Source of the DNA: a virus
Lineage: Duplodnaviria; Caudoviricetes
DNA length: 45,523 nucleotides
Virus record (IMG/VR): IMGVR_UViG_3300035135_001460
Span: 1 to 45,523 of that record
Reading direction: 5' to 3' (one strand)
Each line of letters opens with the position of its first letter. The stretch's first letter is position 1. Positions 1 to 8,723 of the stretch are shown one piece after another. The notes under the pieces were generated by a model that was not told the origin of the DNA, did not search any database, and was given only the letters and a program-made list of their open reading frames with translations. Position numbers and translations under genes: made by a program.

Positions 1-2
1 TG

Positions 3-398
3 GTGAAGTACATGTTCAAGATGCCAGATGATAATTCATTTGAACTCTTGTACACTAACTTGAAAGCACAAGGAACTATTAGTTTCTGGTCTACATCATT
101 CATTCGTGGTACTACATTTGATAATGCTATCCTGTTGATTGACGAAGCACAGAACCTGAACTTCCACGAACTTGATTCAATCATCACCCGTGTCGGTGAG
201 AACTCTAAGATCATGTTCTGTGGTGATGTTGTTCAGACTGACCTTGTGAAACAGCATGAGAAGAATGGTATCATTGACTTCATGAAGATCCTTGAGGACA
301 TGAAAGAGTTTAGTTCTATTGAATTTACTGTTGATGATATTGTCCGTTCTGGACTGGTGAAGTCCTATCTTGTAAGCAAAATGAATCTCGGTCTTTAA
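3..398 (+). CDS. phoH: PhoH-like ATPase (5'-truncated by window edge)
   Basis: Motifs FIRGTTFDNAILLIDEAQN, TRVGENSK, GDVVQTD, DIVRSGLV match the PhoH C-terminal half; usual position before exonuclease-gp33-gp59-gp32 in cyanomyoviruses. Confidence 0.95.
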   Translation: MKYMFKMPDDNSFELLYTNLKAQGTISFWSTSFIRGTTFDNAILLIDEAQNLNFHELDSIITRVGENSKIMFCGDVVQTDLVKQHEKNGIIDFMKILEDMKEFSSIEFTVDDIVRSGLVKSYLVSKMNLGL

Positions 399-399
399 T

Positions 400-1092
400 A
401 TGTTTACCCACGTTGGTCATTCCTTAAGTGAACTCCCTGAACCTACCACTGTTAACGGCGTAAGGTATTACACCACGCCGAGTGGTAGGAAACTACCATC
501 TATTACATCAATCACCTCAATGAAATCTCGCAAGAGCATTGCGGAATGGCGTAAACGTGTTGGTGATGCTGAAGCAGATCGTATCTCTAAACAAGGTACG
601 ACTCGCGGCACTAAGTTCCATAAGTATGCTGAGGATCATCTCAATAACCTTGAGGTAAAACCTAAGGATCTTATGGAACAGATGTCAAAACCTTGGCAGT
701 TGTTTGAAGAAGCACTCCCTTATTTAAACGACATAAATAATATACACGCTCTAGAAGCACCCCTGTACAGTGAGTATTTTGGACTCGCTGGTCGTGTTGA
801 TTGCATCGCGGAATACAAAGGGGAGCTGGCAATTGTAGACTTTAAGACTTCTCGCAAGCAGAAACCTGAGAAGTGGATTGAACATTACTTTGTTCAATGT
901 GCTGCCTATGGTGCTCTGTACTACGATCTCACAGGCATTGAAGTAGAGAAACTTGTGATTATTCAGGCATGTGAGGATGGAGAGGTGCAATTGTTTGAAA
1001 AGTATGATAAAATGTATTATATGAAACTACTGGAGCAGTACATTAATGAGTTTGTTAACTATCACAAGGGAGAAAAGTTTGCTAATGTCTGA
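400..1092 (+). CDS. PD-(D/E)XK exonuclease (Cas4-like/RecB-like family, conserved in cyanomyoviruses)
   Basis: RGTKFH, AGRVDCIAE, IVDFKTS, YFVQCAAY motifs. Confidence 0.88.
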   Translation: MFTHVGHSLSELPEPTTVNGVRYYTTPSGRKLPSITSITSMKSRKSIAEWRKRVGDAEADRISKQGTTRGTKFHKYAEDHLNNLEVKPKDLMEQMSKPWQLFEEALPYLNDINNIHALEAPLYSEYFGLAGRVDCIAEYKGELAIVDFKTSRKQKPEKWIEHYFVQCAAYGALYYDLTGIEVEKLVIIQACEDGEVQLFEKYDKMYYMKLLEQYINEFVNYHKGEKFANV

Positions 1093-1348
1093 GGAAAACC
1101 TTAATGACATTTTAGAAAAGAAATTCATGACTGCTTCAAAGTTCTCAATGGAAATTGAGAATCTGATGAAGATCAGTAATGGTTCAATGAATTACATTGA
1201 ATGTGTCGTCCACTATTGCAATGAAAATAACATTGAGATAGAGACAGTATCAAAATTAATTTCTAAACCCCTGAAAGAAAAACTGAAGTATGATGCTCAG
1301 CGTCTGAACTTCATGAAACGATCATCAAAAGCACGACTCATTATATGA
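1085..1348 (+). CDS. gp33: Late promoter transcription co-activator gp33
   Basis: KFSMEIE..YIECVVHYC..IEIETVSKLISKPLKEKL..A..LNF pattern and synteny; start taken at ATG 1085 (MSEENL). Confidence 0.9.
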   Translation: MSEENLNDILEKKFMTASKFSMEIENLMKISNGSMNYIECVVHYCNENNIEIETVSKLISKPLKEKLKYDAQRLNFMKRSSKARLII

Positions 1349-1962
1349 CCGCGTTTGAATCCTATAAAATGTATGTCGCACTGAAGTTACACTTCACAAC
1401 CGACAGTTATGATTACTTCAAATTCAACGGTAAAACTAGAGTATCTGAAACTAATTTTGAGAAAAGAAAGGATCGTTACTTCTTCAAAAAACTTACGAAT
1501 CGTAAGAAGGATGATGAAATCCTTCCATATTTTGTAGCAAACTTTGTTGCTGACTCCTCTGGATGGATTGGTAACATGGTTAGATCAGACGGGGATGATA
1601 ATTACAGGGCATGGAAGAAGCGCATGGAGAGTCTTCACTACACATTCAGTGAGGAAGTAGACTTTCTATTGCAGCAGGTGGATCAGTTTGACCATCTATT
1701 CAAGGTGACTGAGACTCATCCACCACTGGTGAAGTTTCTTTTGGGTAAGCAGATATCTATGGAAACTTTTGTTATTCTAAATCAGATCCTAAACTTTATA
1801 CCACAGTTTGATAAGAAGATTGTGGAAACTATTGTTTGGTCTGACGTGAGAAGAACCGTCATGAAGTACACTCCATTCGTATCTGTAGACACTGTTAAAT
1901 ATAAGGGAACTTTAAAGGAAAAAGTATTAGATCACCAATGTCTTTCTTTGAATCAGAAATAG
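1345..1962 (+). CDS. gp59: Loader of gp41 helicase gp59
   Basis: Y.MYVALKLHF...YDYFKFNGK..F.KRKDRYFF.KL and ISMETFVIL motifs; between gp33 and gp32. Confidence 0.92.
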   Translation: MTAFESYKMYVALKLHFTTDSYDYFKFNGKTRVSETNFEKRKDRYFFKKLTNRKKDDEILPYFVANFVADSSGWIGNMVRSDGDDNYRAWKKRMESLHYTFSEEVDFLLQQVDQFDHLFKVTETHPPLVKFLLGKQISMETFVILNQILNFIPQFDKKIVETIVWSDVRRTVMKYTPFVSVDTVKYKGTLKEKVLDHQCLSLNQK

Positions 1963-2279
1963 TACAAAAAGAAGCTGAGGAAATTAACCTCAAGCAGCAG
2001 GAGATTGTCAATCGGTTACCGTTCATCCCTCTAATGGAGACGGACGACCGTATTGAGTTCTTTGATGCTATGCTGGACTTGATTGAAAGGCAGAAGGTCT
2101 TCTATATGAGACTGAATCTGTCTGACGATCCGATGGCGGTACGTCTCAAGCAAGAGTTTCGTGACGCTGCCAGGAGACTCGGTATGGATGCCGATGGTCT
2201 TAACATGCTGGACATCTACGACAAGTTCCGTGACAACATGGAAAGTGTTCGCCAGCAAGTGCTTGACGGAGATCTCTAA
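1938..2279 (+). CDS. Conserved cyanobacterial/cyanophage protein (DUF1825-like)
   Basis: FF.SEIVQ.E..LIERQKVFY.RL.LSDDP.A pattern. Confidence 0.75.
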   Translation: MSFFESEIVQKEAEEINLKQQEIVNRLPFIPLMETDDRIEFFDAMLDLIERQKVFYMRLNLSDDPMAVRLKQEFRDAARRLGMDADGLNMLDIYDKFRDNMESVRQQVLDGDL

Positions 2280-2291
2280 ATAGGTTATGAT
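2263..2291 (+). promoter_or_regulatory. Overlapping sigma70-type and late promoters for gene 32
   Basis: TTGACG (2263) N17 TATGAT (2286); T4-type late core TAAATA at 2277-2282. Confidence 0.65.
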
Positions 2292-2354
2292 GATCCTGTT
2301 GGGTCATCGCAATCCAACGAATACAACACACACAACTAATCCGAGGTAATACAA

Positions 2355-3323
2355 ATGTCTTTTGCTGATCTTAAGAACAGCTCCAAGTTTGGTTTTGATC
2401 GTCTGACCAAGGAGATTGACAAGCTCCAAGCGCCTGGTGGCAGCAGTGATGATCGTTTCTGGAAACCCGAGATGGACAAGTCTGGCAACGGTTTTGCGGT
2501 AATCCGTTTCCTGCCTGCACCTGACGGCGAAGAACTGCCATGGGCAAAGGTTTGGTCACATGGTTTCCAAGGTCCTGGTGGATGGTATATTGAAAACTCC
2601 CTGACCACTCTGGGTAAGAAGGATCCCGTGTCGGAACTGAACCGTACACTGTGGAACAGTGGTCTTGACAGCGACAAGGAGGTCGCTCGTAAGCAGAAGC
2701 GTAAACTCTCCTACTACTCCAACATCTACGTTGTGAGTGACCCTTCCAATCCCTCTAACGAAGGTAAGGTCTTCCTCTACAAGTTTGGTAAGAAGATCTT
2801 TGACAAGATTCAGGCAGCAATGCAACCTGAGTTCCAAGATGAGACTCCGATCAATCCGTTTGATCTGTGGCAGGGTGCTAACTTCAAACTGAAACTGCAG
2901 AAGAAGGATGGTTATTGGAACTACGATAAGTCTGACTTCGCTGCACCTTCTACCCTTGAAGACATGACTGATGCAGAACTGGAGCAAGTCTGGCGTTCAC
3001 AGCACTCTCTGAGTGAGTTCATGGATGCTAAGAACTTCAAGTCCTATGAGGAACTTGACTCTCGTCTGAATGTCGTTCTGGGTCGTGGTCAGAAGCAGAA
3101 GTTTGATCGTGAGACTCTGGAAGATGAGTCCGAAGGTCGTGGTGGTTTCAATGATGCTGACATCATGGGAGCACCTAAGTTCAGTGTCCCTTCACGTCCC
3201 ATGCCTAATGCCATGAAGGAAGAACTGAACAACCTTCAACCGACTGCTGCATCACGTCCCGCTCCTACGACTGACGATGATGACACCCTGTCCTACTTTG
3301 CCCGCCTTGCTGAGGAAGAATGA
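2355..3323 (+). CDS. gp32: Single-stranded DNA-binding protein gp32
   Basis: DDRFWKP.MDKSGNGFAVIRFLP, HGFQGPGGWYIENSLTT, KVFLYKFGKKIFDKI, acidic C-terminal tail; SD GAGGT upstream. Confidence 0.97.
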   Translation: MSFADLKNSSKFGFDRLTKEIDKLQAPGGSSDDRFWKPEMDKSGNGFAVIRFLPAPDGEELPWAKVWSHGFQGPGGWYIENSLTTLGKKDPVSELNRTLWNSGLDSDKEVARKQKRKLSYYSNIYVVSDPSNPSNEGKVFLYKFGKKIFDKIQAAMQPEFQDETPINPFDLWQGANFKLKLQKKDGYWNYDKSDFAAPSTLEDMTDAELEQVWRSQHSLSEFMDAKNFKSYEELDSRLNVVLGRGQKQKFDRETLEDESEGRGGFNDADIMGAPKFSVPSRPMPNAMKEELNNLQPTAASRPAPTTDDDDTLSYFARLAEEE

Positions 3324-3526
3324 AACTACTAACCGTTGAAGACTACGAGAAGGCAGGAGAAACCTTCTGGCCTAAGTATTGGTACGTTGCCAAAGAACTT
3401 GGTGAAGATGCCAGGGCAGAGGACATCCTAAAAGTCCTTGAGTCCATCGGTACAGTTGCATTGCGATTGAAACTTGATGAGAAAGAAGGACCCTTTGGTT
3501 TTAACAAGAAGGATGAGGAGTCCTGA
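3320..3526 (+). CDS. Hypothetical cyanophage protein
   Basis: ORF overlapping the gp32 stop (ATGA), followed by a terminator. Confidence 0.75.
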   Translation: MKLLTVEDYEKAGETFWPKYWYVAKELGEDARAEDILKVLESIGTVALRLKLDEKEGPFGFNKKDEES

Positions 3527-3552
3527 CCAAAATCAACTTTTATTTCCAAAAA

Positions 3553-3582
3553 ACCCCGAAAAAAAATTCGGGGTATTTTTTT
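3553..3582 (+). terminator. Rho-independent terminator (possibly bidirectional)
   Basis: ACCCCGAA-AAAAAA-TTCGGGGT stem followed by a T-run and preceded by an A-run. Confidence 0.85.
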
Positions 3583-3673
3583 GTCTGTAGGGTTTTTTAG
3601 TGAGTCCTCACGCGAGAAGTTAAATTCTCGTTAATTCACTCTATATACAAAGGTTTGTTTAATTTGAGATGAC

Positions 3674-3717
3674 CTTAACTTACACTTAACGACACACAGA
3701 TCAACATATGTTATTAT
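3674..3717 (+). promoter_or_regulatory. Pho box promoter (host PhoB/SphR-type) upstream of the DUF680-pstS cassette
   Basis: CTTAAC direct repeats at 3674 and 3685 (11-bp period) where a -35 would lie, then extended -10 TGtTATTAT at 3709-3717. Confidence 0.75.
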
Positions 3718-3766
3718 GATTGAGTCGTTACGACAAACCCGTACACATTACAAAACAAAATTTCCA

Positions 3767-4126
3767 ATGAAAGCAATCGCTCTTGCCGCACTGGCTGCCT
3801 CAGCACTGGCGACACCTGCCCTTGCAGGACCCTATGTTGAGTCCAAACACGAATTCAAAGGCACCGATGAGGACTACTCTAAAGCAGTTCATCAAGGTCG
3901 CGTCGGTTATGAATGGAAAACTGGTCGCTTCGCTCCCTATGTTGAGGGTGGCGTTGGTATGACCGCTCCCGATGGTGGTGAAGATGAAACCTTCTACGCT
4001 CTGGAAGTAGGTAGTAAAGTTAAAATCACTGACAAGTTCAGTGCATATGGTAAGTGGGAGAACATCTTTCAAGAAGATGACACCCGTGACTGGAAGGTTG
4101 AACTCGGCACCAAGTACAAGTTCTGA
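3767..4126 (+). CDS. Secreted small beta-barrel-like protein (DUF680-type), pstS-associated
   Basis: Signal peptide MKAIALAALAASALATPALA-GPYVE, alternating beta-strand pattern, terminal aromatic (KYKF); start at ATG 3767. Confidence 0.8.
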   Translation: MKAIALAALAASALATPALAGPYVESKHEFKGTDEDYSKAVHQGRVGYEWKTGRFAPYVEGGVGMTAPDGGEDETFYALEVGSKVKITDKFSAYGKWENIFQEDDTRDWKVELGTKYKF

Positions 4127-4137
4127 GGTAAAGTAGA

Positions 4138-5118
4138 ATGAAACTCAAAGCAATCGCTGCTGCCGCGCTGGCAGCACCCCTAGTGGTGGCATGTGGTTCC
4201 ACCGAGAGTGCAAAGGCACCATATAAATTGAATGGTGCAGGTGCTACATTCCCTGCTCCTTATTACAATGCTGTTCTTGGTGACCTTGCTAAGGCAACTG
4301 ACAACCAAGTAAACTATCAAGCAGTTGGTAGTGGTGCTGGTGTCCGTCAGTTTACTGCTAAGACTGTTGACTTCGGTGCCTCTGATGGTGCTGTGTCAGA
4401 TGCTAAGCAGAAACTGCCGATGGTTCACATTCCCATGACTGGTGGTGCTATTGTCCCTGCTTACAACTATCCTGGTTGTGATGCCAAGATGACACAGACT
4501 CAACTCGCTGATGTCTTCCTTGGCAAGATCACTAACTGGTCTGAATTTGGTTGTGCTGACAAGAAAATCTTGACTGTCTATCGTTCTGATGGTAGTGGCA
4601 CTACCAAAGGTTTCACTAACTCTCTGTCAGCATTCTCTCCTGAATGGAAGAAGACTGTTGGCACTGGTAAATCAGTTCAGTGGCCTGTTGGTGTTGGTGG
4701 TAAAGGTAACTCTGGTGTTGCTGGTACTATCAAGAATCAACCTGGCGCTATTGGTTACCTGAACTATGGTTATGTAACTGGTGATAAGTTCCAACAAGTT
4801 GCACTTCAAAACAAGGCAGGCAATTATGTCACAGCAAATGCTGAAACATCTGCAGCAGGTTTATCAAAGATCGTCCTGGACGATCAGCTTCGTGGTGCTG
4901 ACGCTAACCCTGCTGGTGCCAATGCATACCCTATTGTCTCCCTTACTTGGATCCTAGCGTATCCTGAGTATGAGAAGAATGATGATGTGAAGGATATGCT
5001 TCGCTGGATGCTGACACCTACCCAACAGGGTAAGGCAGACGCTCTTGGTTATGTTCCTCTCCCCGAAGAACTTCGTCAAAAGGCACTTGCTGCTGTTGAT
5101 ACTCTTCAGACTCCCTGA
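4138..5118 (+). CDS. pstS: Phosphate ABC transporter substrate-binding lipoprotein
   Basis: Lipobox LVVAC; GAGATFPAP, YQAVGSGAG, DFGASD, RSDGSGTT, YPIVSLTW motifs. Confidence 0.97.
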   Translation: MKLKAIAAAALAAPLVVACGSTESAKAPYKLNGAGATFPAPYYNAVLGDLAKATDNQVNYQAVGSGAGVRQFTAKTVDFGASDGAVSDAKQKLPMVHIPMTGGAIVPAYNYPGCDAKMTQTQLADVFLGKITNWSEFGCADKKILTVYRSDGSGTTKGFTNSLSAFSPEWKKTVGTGKSVQWPVGVGGKGNSGVAGTIKNQPGAIGYLNYGYVTGDKFQQVALQNKAGNYVTANAETSAAGLSKIVLDDQLRGADANPAGANAYPIVSLTWILAYPEYEKNDDVKDMLRWMLTPTQQGKADALGYVPLPEELRQKALAAVDTLQTP

Positions 5119-5354
5119 GCAATATCTAATGCTCTCTTAGCAGTAGATACTAATCTATACCTTTGATAAGTTCTCCTATTAGGTATAGTTAAAGAAAATC
5201 CCAGAAGATCCCCGTCGGGGTCATCTGGGATTCCTACTGGTTGTACGAAGAATATACCTGCATGTGCTACACATTTCCAACCGATGTCAACAAATCCTAA
5301 GTCTCTTAGGGCACATTCTAGTTTTAAGGAGTAACATGCTTCTTCTAATATCAT
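5106..5354 (-). CDS. Hypothetical cyanophage protein
   Basis: ORF coupled to the gp53 stop, convergent with and overlapping the pstS end by 13 bp. Confidence 0.65.
   Translation of the reverse strand: MILEEACYSLKLECALRDLGFVDIGWKCVAHAGIFFVQPVGIPDDPDGDLLGFSLTIPNRRTYQRYRLVSTAKRALDIAQGV
5197..5232. terminator. Hairpin near the convergence of the pstS and gp53 operons
   Basis: AATCCCAGA-A-GATCCC / GGGGTC-A-TCTGGGATT stem; U-rich tail on the minus strand; lies inside ORF 5106-5354. Confidence 0.4.
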
Positions 5355-6046
5355 AGGGTGATGTTATTAAAGATATCTGTTTTATTTAATGTTTGTTTAA
5401 CTTCTCTATTATCTGCTATTGACTTATTATATTGTGCCGATGTCTTGAAGATCTTGATAAAAGTCTCAAGATATCTGGGTTTTAAGATTTGTAAGAATCT
5501 TTTCTTATTATTGCGTTCCTGTTCCCACTCATAATGAGTAGTTGAGGTCAATAATACTAAACCGTTCTCAGTTTCTTCTACAAATGGATTATATGATTTA
5601 GGGTAAGTAATTTGGAAAGAGTCTGGATCGCTAGAATCATAATATACCTCTAATCCAGCAGGGAGAACTATCTCACCAAGGTCATTTTTGACTTCTTTGG
5701 TAAGGTAATGCTTTATTTCAAAAGGATTGTCATATTTTTTATAGATAAACTTTTCAAACTCTTCTGAACTCATTGGCCAGTCATTTTTAAGGTCAATGAT
5801 CTTGTTAGTCAACAAAATAACCCAATCATAGTTAGGATCATCATATACTGCTTGCGAAACTTGATCTGGTCTAACACCATCCTTCAGTTGTAATTCAGTA
5901 AATAAATCTGTGGCATATACAGAATTATCTAAAGATAGACCTTTAAAGATATTTGCAGCAACTACAAAATCTTGATTAGTGAACTGGAAATTAGTTCTAG
6001 TTGGAGTATATTCTATTTTTGGTAAGTATGAGAAAAATCCAGCCAT
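5351..6046 (-). CDS. gp53: Baseplate wedge subunit gp53
   Basis: FFSYLPKI, RPDQVS..VYDDP.YDWVILLTN.I.D...DWP LysM-like signature, E...N..KR...ILKP.Y. Confidence 0.92.
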   Translation of the reverse strand: MAGFFSYLPKIEYTPTRTNFQFTNQDFVVAANIFKGLSLDNSVYATDLFTELQLKDGVRPDQVSQAVYDDPNYDWVILLTNKIIDLKNDWPMSSEEFEKFIYKKYDNPFEIKHYLTKEVKNDLGEIVLPAGLEVYYDSSDPDSFQITYPKSYNPFVEETENGLVLLTSTTHYEWEQERNNKKRFLQILKPRYLETFIKIFKTSAQYNKSIADNREVKQTLNKTDIFNNITL

Positions 6047-6048
6047 TT

Positions 6049-7101
6049 TTATAAGACTCCTGGTGCTCGGTCGGTGAACAGTTTATCAGCAAACAGATTT
6101 GTCACTTCAGTAAGTTGCATGGTAATTGTAACTCCAACAGTGGTTGCTCTTCCAGTAGCACCAAAATCACCAACAGTTGTGTAATTTCCTGTGGGGGTGA
6201 AATCAAAATTAACTTGATTAATAGCAGCAGGTAGCAATGGTTGAATGAAAGGATGCTCATCTCCCCCTCTCATGTATCTTAGTAAGATGAAAGGTGGTTG
6301 TGTAATAAATCTATTACCATCAGAGTTAAACAGAAGACCTGCAGCAGTTGCACCTGCTCCTGCTGCTGTTGCTCCACCATTAAAAAGTTTTCCGATATTA
6401 CTAAAGAGACCACCCGCAGCACCTGATGCTGCTGATGTTTCTTCGCCAATTTTTTTTCCTATACCACCTTTTAGAGCTCCTGCTATAGTGTCACCAGCAA
6501 GACTAAGTGCTCCTGTAGCTGTTTGAATTGCTGCAGCGTCTGCAAACGTATGTGTCAACTGTATTTTGTCAGCTTCACCTGATGAAGTAGGTAAACTTGC
6601 TCGTCTTAAAATGTCTACAATGGCATAAATTGATTCTGAATCTTCTTTTGATTTCGTGAATAGATTAAACTGAAAGTTAAATGTTCTGAAATCTGGTCCT
6701 TCGTAGAGAACCTCAAGATTTGGGTTAAATACAACACCACTAGTTGCTGAAAGTAAACCAGCAGCAGAAAGGTTTGTAGCACCTAATTTATTAGCAACAT
6801 CAACAGATTTGTCCAATAAGAAATTTTCAGCAGTTCTTGAAAGTGCATCTTTAACAGCAGCACCAGCATTTGATCTTCCTGCAAGAAACCTCCCCATCTC
6901 ACCAAGTCCAGATTGGTTGAACTGCTGTGAGATTGCTTCAGTTACTTTTTGAGGAACATTGATTAAAATCTTGCCGTAATTGTCTATTTTTTTATATTTT
7001 ACTTCACTCTTTGTGTAGTCTCTTTTAATAAATTGCATCTCAATATAATCCACTGAAGGACCATTGACTGCAAAATCTGCTGGATATCTATATGTTGTCA
7101 T
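6049..7101 (-). CDS. gp48: Baseplate tail-tube cap gp48
   Basis: YRYP start, FNPNLEVLYEGPDFRTFNFQF; synteny gp4-gp2-gp48-gp53. Confidence 0.85.
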   Translation of the reverse strand: MTTYRYPADFAVNGPSVDYIEMQFIKRDYTKSEVKYKKIDNYGKILINVPQKVTEAISQQFNQSGLGEMGRFLAGRSNAGAAVKDALSRTAENFLLDKSVDVANKLGATNLSAAGLLSATSGVVFNPNLEVLYEGPDFRTFNFQFNLFTKSKEDSESIYAIVDILRRASLPTSSGEADKIQLTHTFADAAAIQTATGALSLAGDTIAGALKGGIGKKIGEETSAASGAAGGLFSNIGKLFNGGATAAGAGATAAGLLFNSDGNRFITQPPFILLRYMRGGDEHPFIQPLLPAAINQVNFDFTPTGNYTTVGDFGATGRATTVGVTITMQLTEVTNLFADKLFTDRAPGVL

Positions 7102-7556
7102 TAGTTCTCTATAAATCTATGAATCGGGAGAGTAGCTATAAATTCCCAATCTTCTTCTTTAACCTCAAAGAATAAATGATCTGCTTGTTTGAAGATGTAT
7201 CGGTGAATAGTTTTTTCAATAATCCTTGCTTTTTTATTTAGGAGAGCAAGAGCATAGGGACCTTTCTCTCTGTCGCGCAGGTAATGTATATTAGACCCTA
7301 AGAAATTATCCTTGGCACGATCAAAGGCATAAACTAGAGGATAAATGTCATATCTGTCCATCTGTGCCTTAAATTTTGGGTCGTATTCATAATAATATAG
7401 TTTTTCAGGTTCTACTTCATCTGTCATATTATCATAGAGGTATTCAAAAACTTCTCTACGATACCACTCTCTACTTTTCTTCTGACCGCGAGATTGTGTT
7501 GTAATGTGTCTCTCTAGACCACCTACTTTTCTGGTGTTTGCAAATCCCTTAGACAT
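7101..7556 (-). CDS. gp2: DNA end-protector protein gp2
   Basis: SREWY, YYYEYDPKFK...YD.YPLV, FLGSNIHYL motifs. Confidence 0.8.
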   Translation of the reverse strand: MSKGFANTRKVGGLERHITTQSRGQKKSREWYRREVFEYLYDNMTDEVEPEKLYYYEYDPKFKAQMDRYDIYPLVYAFDRAKDNFLGSNIHYLRDREKGPYALALLNKKARIIEKTIHRYIFKQADHLFFEVKEEDWEFIATLPIHRFIEN

Positions 7557-7983
7557 TTAAGTGCTCCTCTGTGAGTATGAGAAATTCTAGTCTTCTATCT
7601 GCACACCACTCTCTCGCTGCTTCCCATTTCGCTTGGTTGATGACATATGTAGAAACTTCGTTCAAATAACGTGGTGTTTTACGTTTGGGTACTTTTGGTT
7701 GTACTGTTTGTTTCTTGGGTTTGACTTCAATTAAGTATTTCTTGATAGTATTGTTCTTATTTCGGATTTTGATGTAAAAATCAACAAAGTATCGGTGAAT
7801 CCTACCGTCTAAAGGAGAACGATAAGGAACAACAATTTCTTCACTACCCCATTCAAGCACATGATCATGGTCATCACACCATTTCATGAATTTAAGTTCC
7901 CATAATGATCTGTATATTACTAGTCTCGGATCGCCTTTGTATTTCTTTGGATTCTTTGGTTGGAACTTGCCAGAATACGCCAT
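7549..7983 (-). CDS. gp4: Head completion nuclease gp4
   Basis: MAYSGKF.PKNP.KYKGD..IYRSLWE, WGSEE..VPY.SP.D..HRYFVDF, IEVKP, NQAKWEAA. Confidence 0.95.
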   Translation of the reverse strand: MAYSGKFQPKNPKKYKGDPRLVIYRSLWELKFMKWCDDHDHVLEWGSEEIVVPYRSPLDGRIHRYFVDFYIKIRNKNNTIKKYLIEVKPKKQTVQPKVPKRKTPRYLNEVSTYVINQAKWEAAREWCADRRLEFLILTEEHLNV

Positions 7984-8013
7984 AAATATAATTACAACAA
8001 GTACTTCTATTTA
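7981..8013. promoter_or_regulatory. Pair of oppositely oriented late promoters between gp4 and gp54
   Basis: CATAAATA at 7981-7988 (+) and TATTTA at 8008-8013 (TAAATA on -). Confidence 0.65.
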
Positions 8014-8019
8014 GAATTA

Positions 8020-8709
8020 ATGTCCATATCTAAACTGAGGGGGATATTTAATACTGACAAAGGTGGATCATATTCTAATGAATATGAGGTAAACTTCTCC
8101 TTTGATAATACTTTTAATGCTGATCTTTTGAGTAGATTAAAGTATTATGGATTTAATCCAACATCTACTACTGAAGGTGCCTATAGTGATATGATGTTTT
8201 TGTGCGATGAAGCATCATTGCCAGGAACTTTTGCTGCTACTAATGAGGTTGATGGTGTATATGGTGGCAGACTAATTCAATATCCTCATGCTAAACTTTA
8301 TAATGATATACGTTTGAGTTTTATTCAAACTAATCAACTGAATCCTCAAAAATTCTTTGAGGCATGGATGGGAAATATGTTCCCAGAGTATAGTATGAAT
8401 GAAGCGCAGGGAACTGGTGAGATTCAACCAGCAGAGAGAGATAGAAGAAGAGCATTAACTAACACTACAGGACTTCGTTATTATAAAGAAATGACCTGCG
8501 CTAGTATTAGAGTGCAGAAAACTTATAAAAATAGTAGTAGTCCATCTGGAGAAAATTCGTGCTATTATGATATGTACGAAGCATATCCTTATAGTATTGA
8601 AAGCGTGCCATTATCGTATGGCGCGAGCACACTAAATAAATTGAGAGTATCATTTAGATACGAAAAGCATGTCGTGATCTTCTACGATCAAAAAGGAGCA
8701 GAATTCTAA
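8020..8709 (+). CDS. gp54: Baseplate tail-tube initiator gp54 (tube-protein fold)
   Basis: N.YEV, CDEASLPG, KFFEAW, EAYP.SI..VPLSY..L.VSFRY; start taken at ATG 8020. Confidence 0.8.
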   Translation: MSISKLRGIFNTDKGGSYSNEYEVNFSFDNTFNADLLSRLKYYGFNPTSTTEGAYSDMMFLCDEASLPGTFAATNEVDGVYGGRLIQYPHAKLYNDIRLSFIQTNQLNPQKFFEAWMGNMFPEYSMNEAQGTGEIQPAERDRRRALTNTTGLRYYKEMTCASIRVQKTYKNSSSPSGENSCYYDMYEAYPYSIESVPLSYGASTLNKLRVSFRYEKHVVIFYDQKGAEF

Positions 8710-8723
8710 TTATTTTTTGAACT

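Noticed and set aside
400-1092. Cas4-like nuclease as evidence of a CRISPR system
   Set aside because: No cas genes or repeat-spacer array in the window; it is a core cyanomyovirus exonuclease in its usual position
7549-7983. TnsA-like nuclease fold as a transposon
   Set aside because: Matches head completion protein gp4 in conserved synteny; no terminal repeats or transposase
7960-8019. ORF-track N-terminal extensions (also 1046, 3716, 32215, 40225, 43833, 44521, 44929)
   Set aside because: They run through promoters or upstream genes; downstream ATGs fit family N-termini and spacing better
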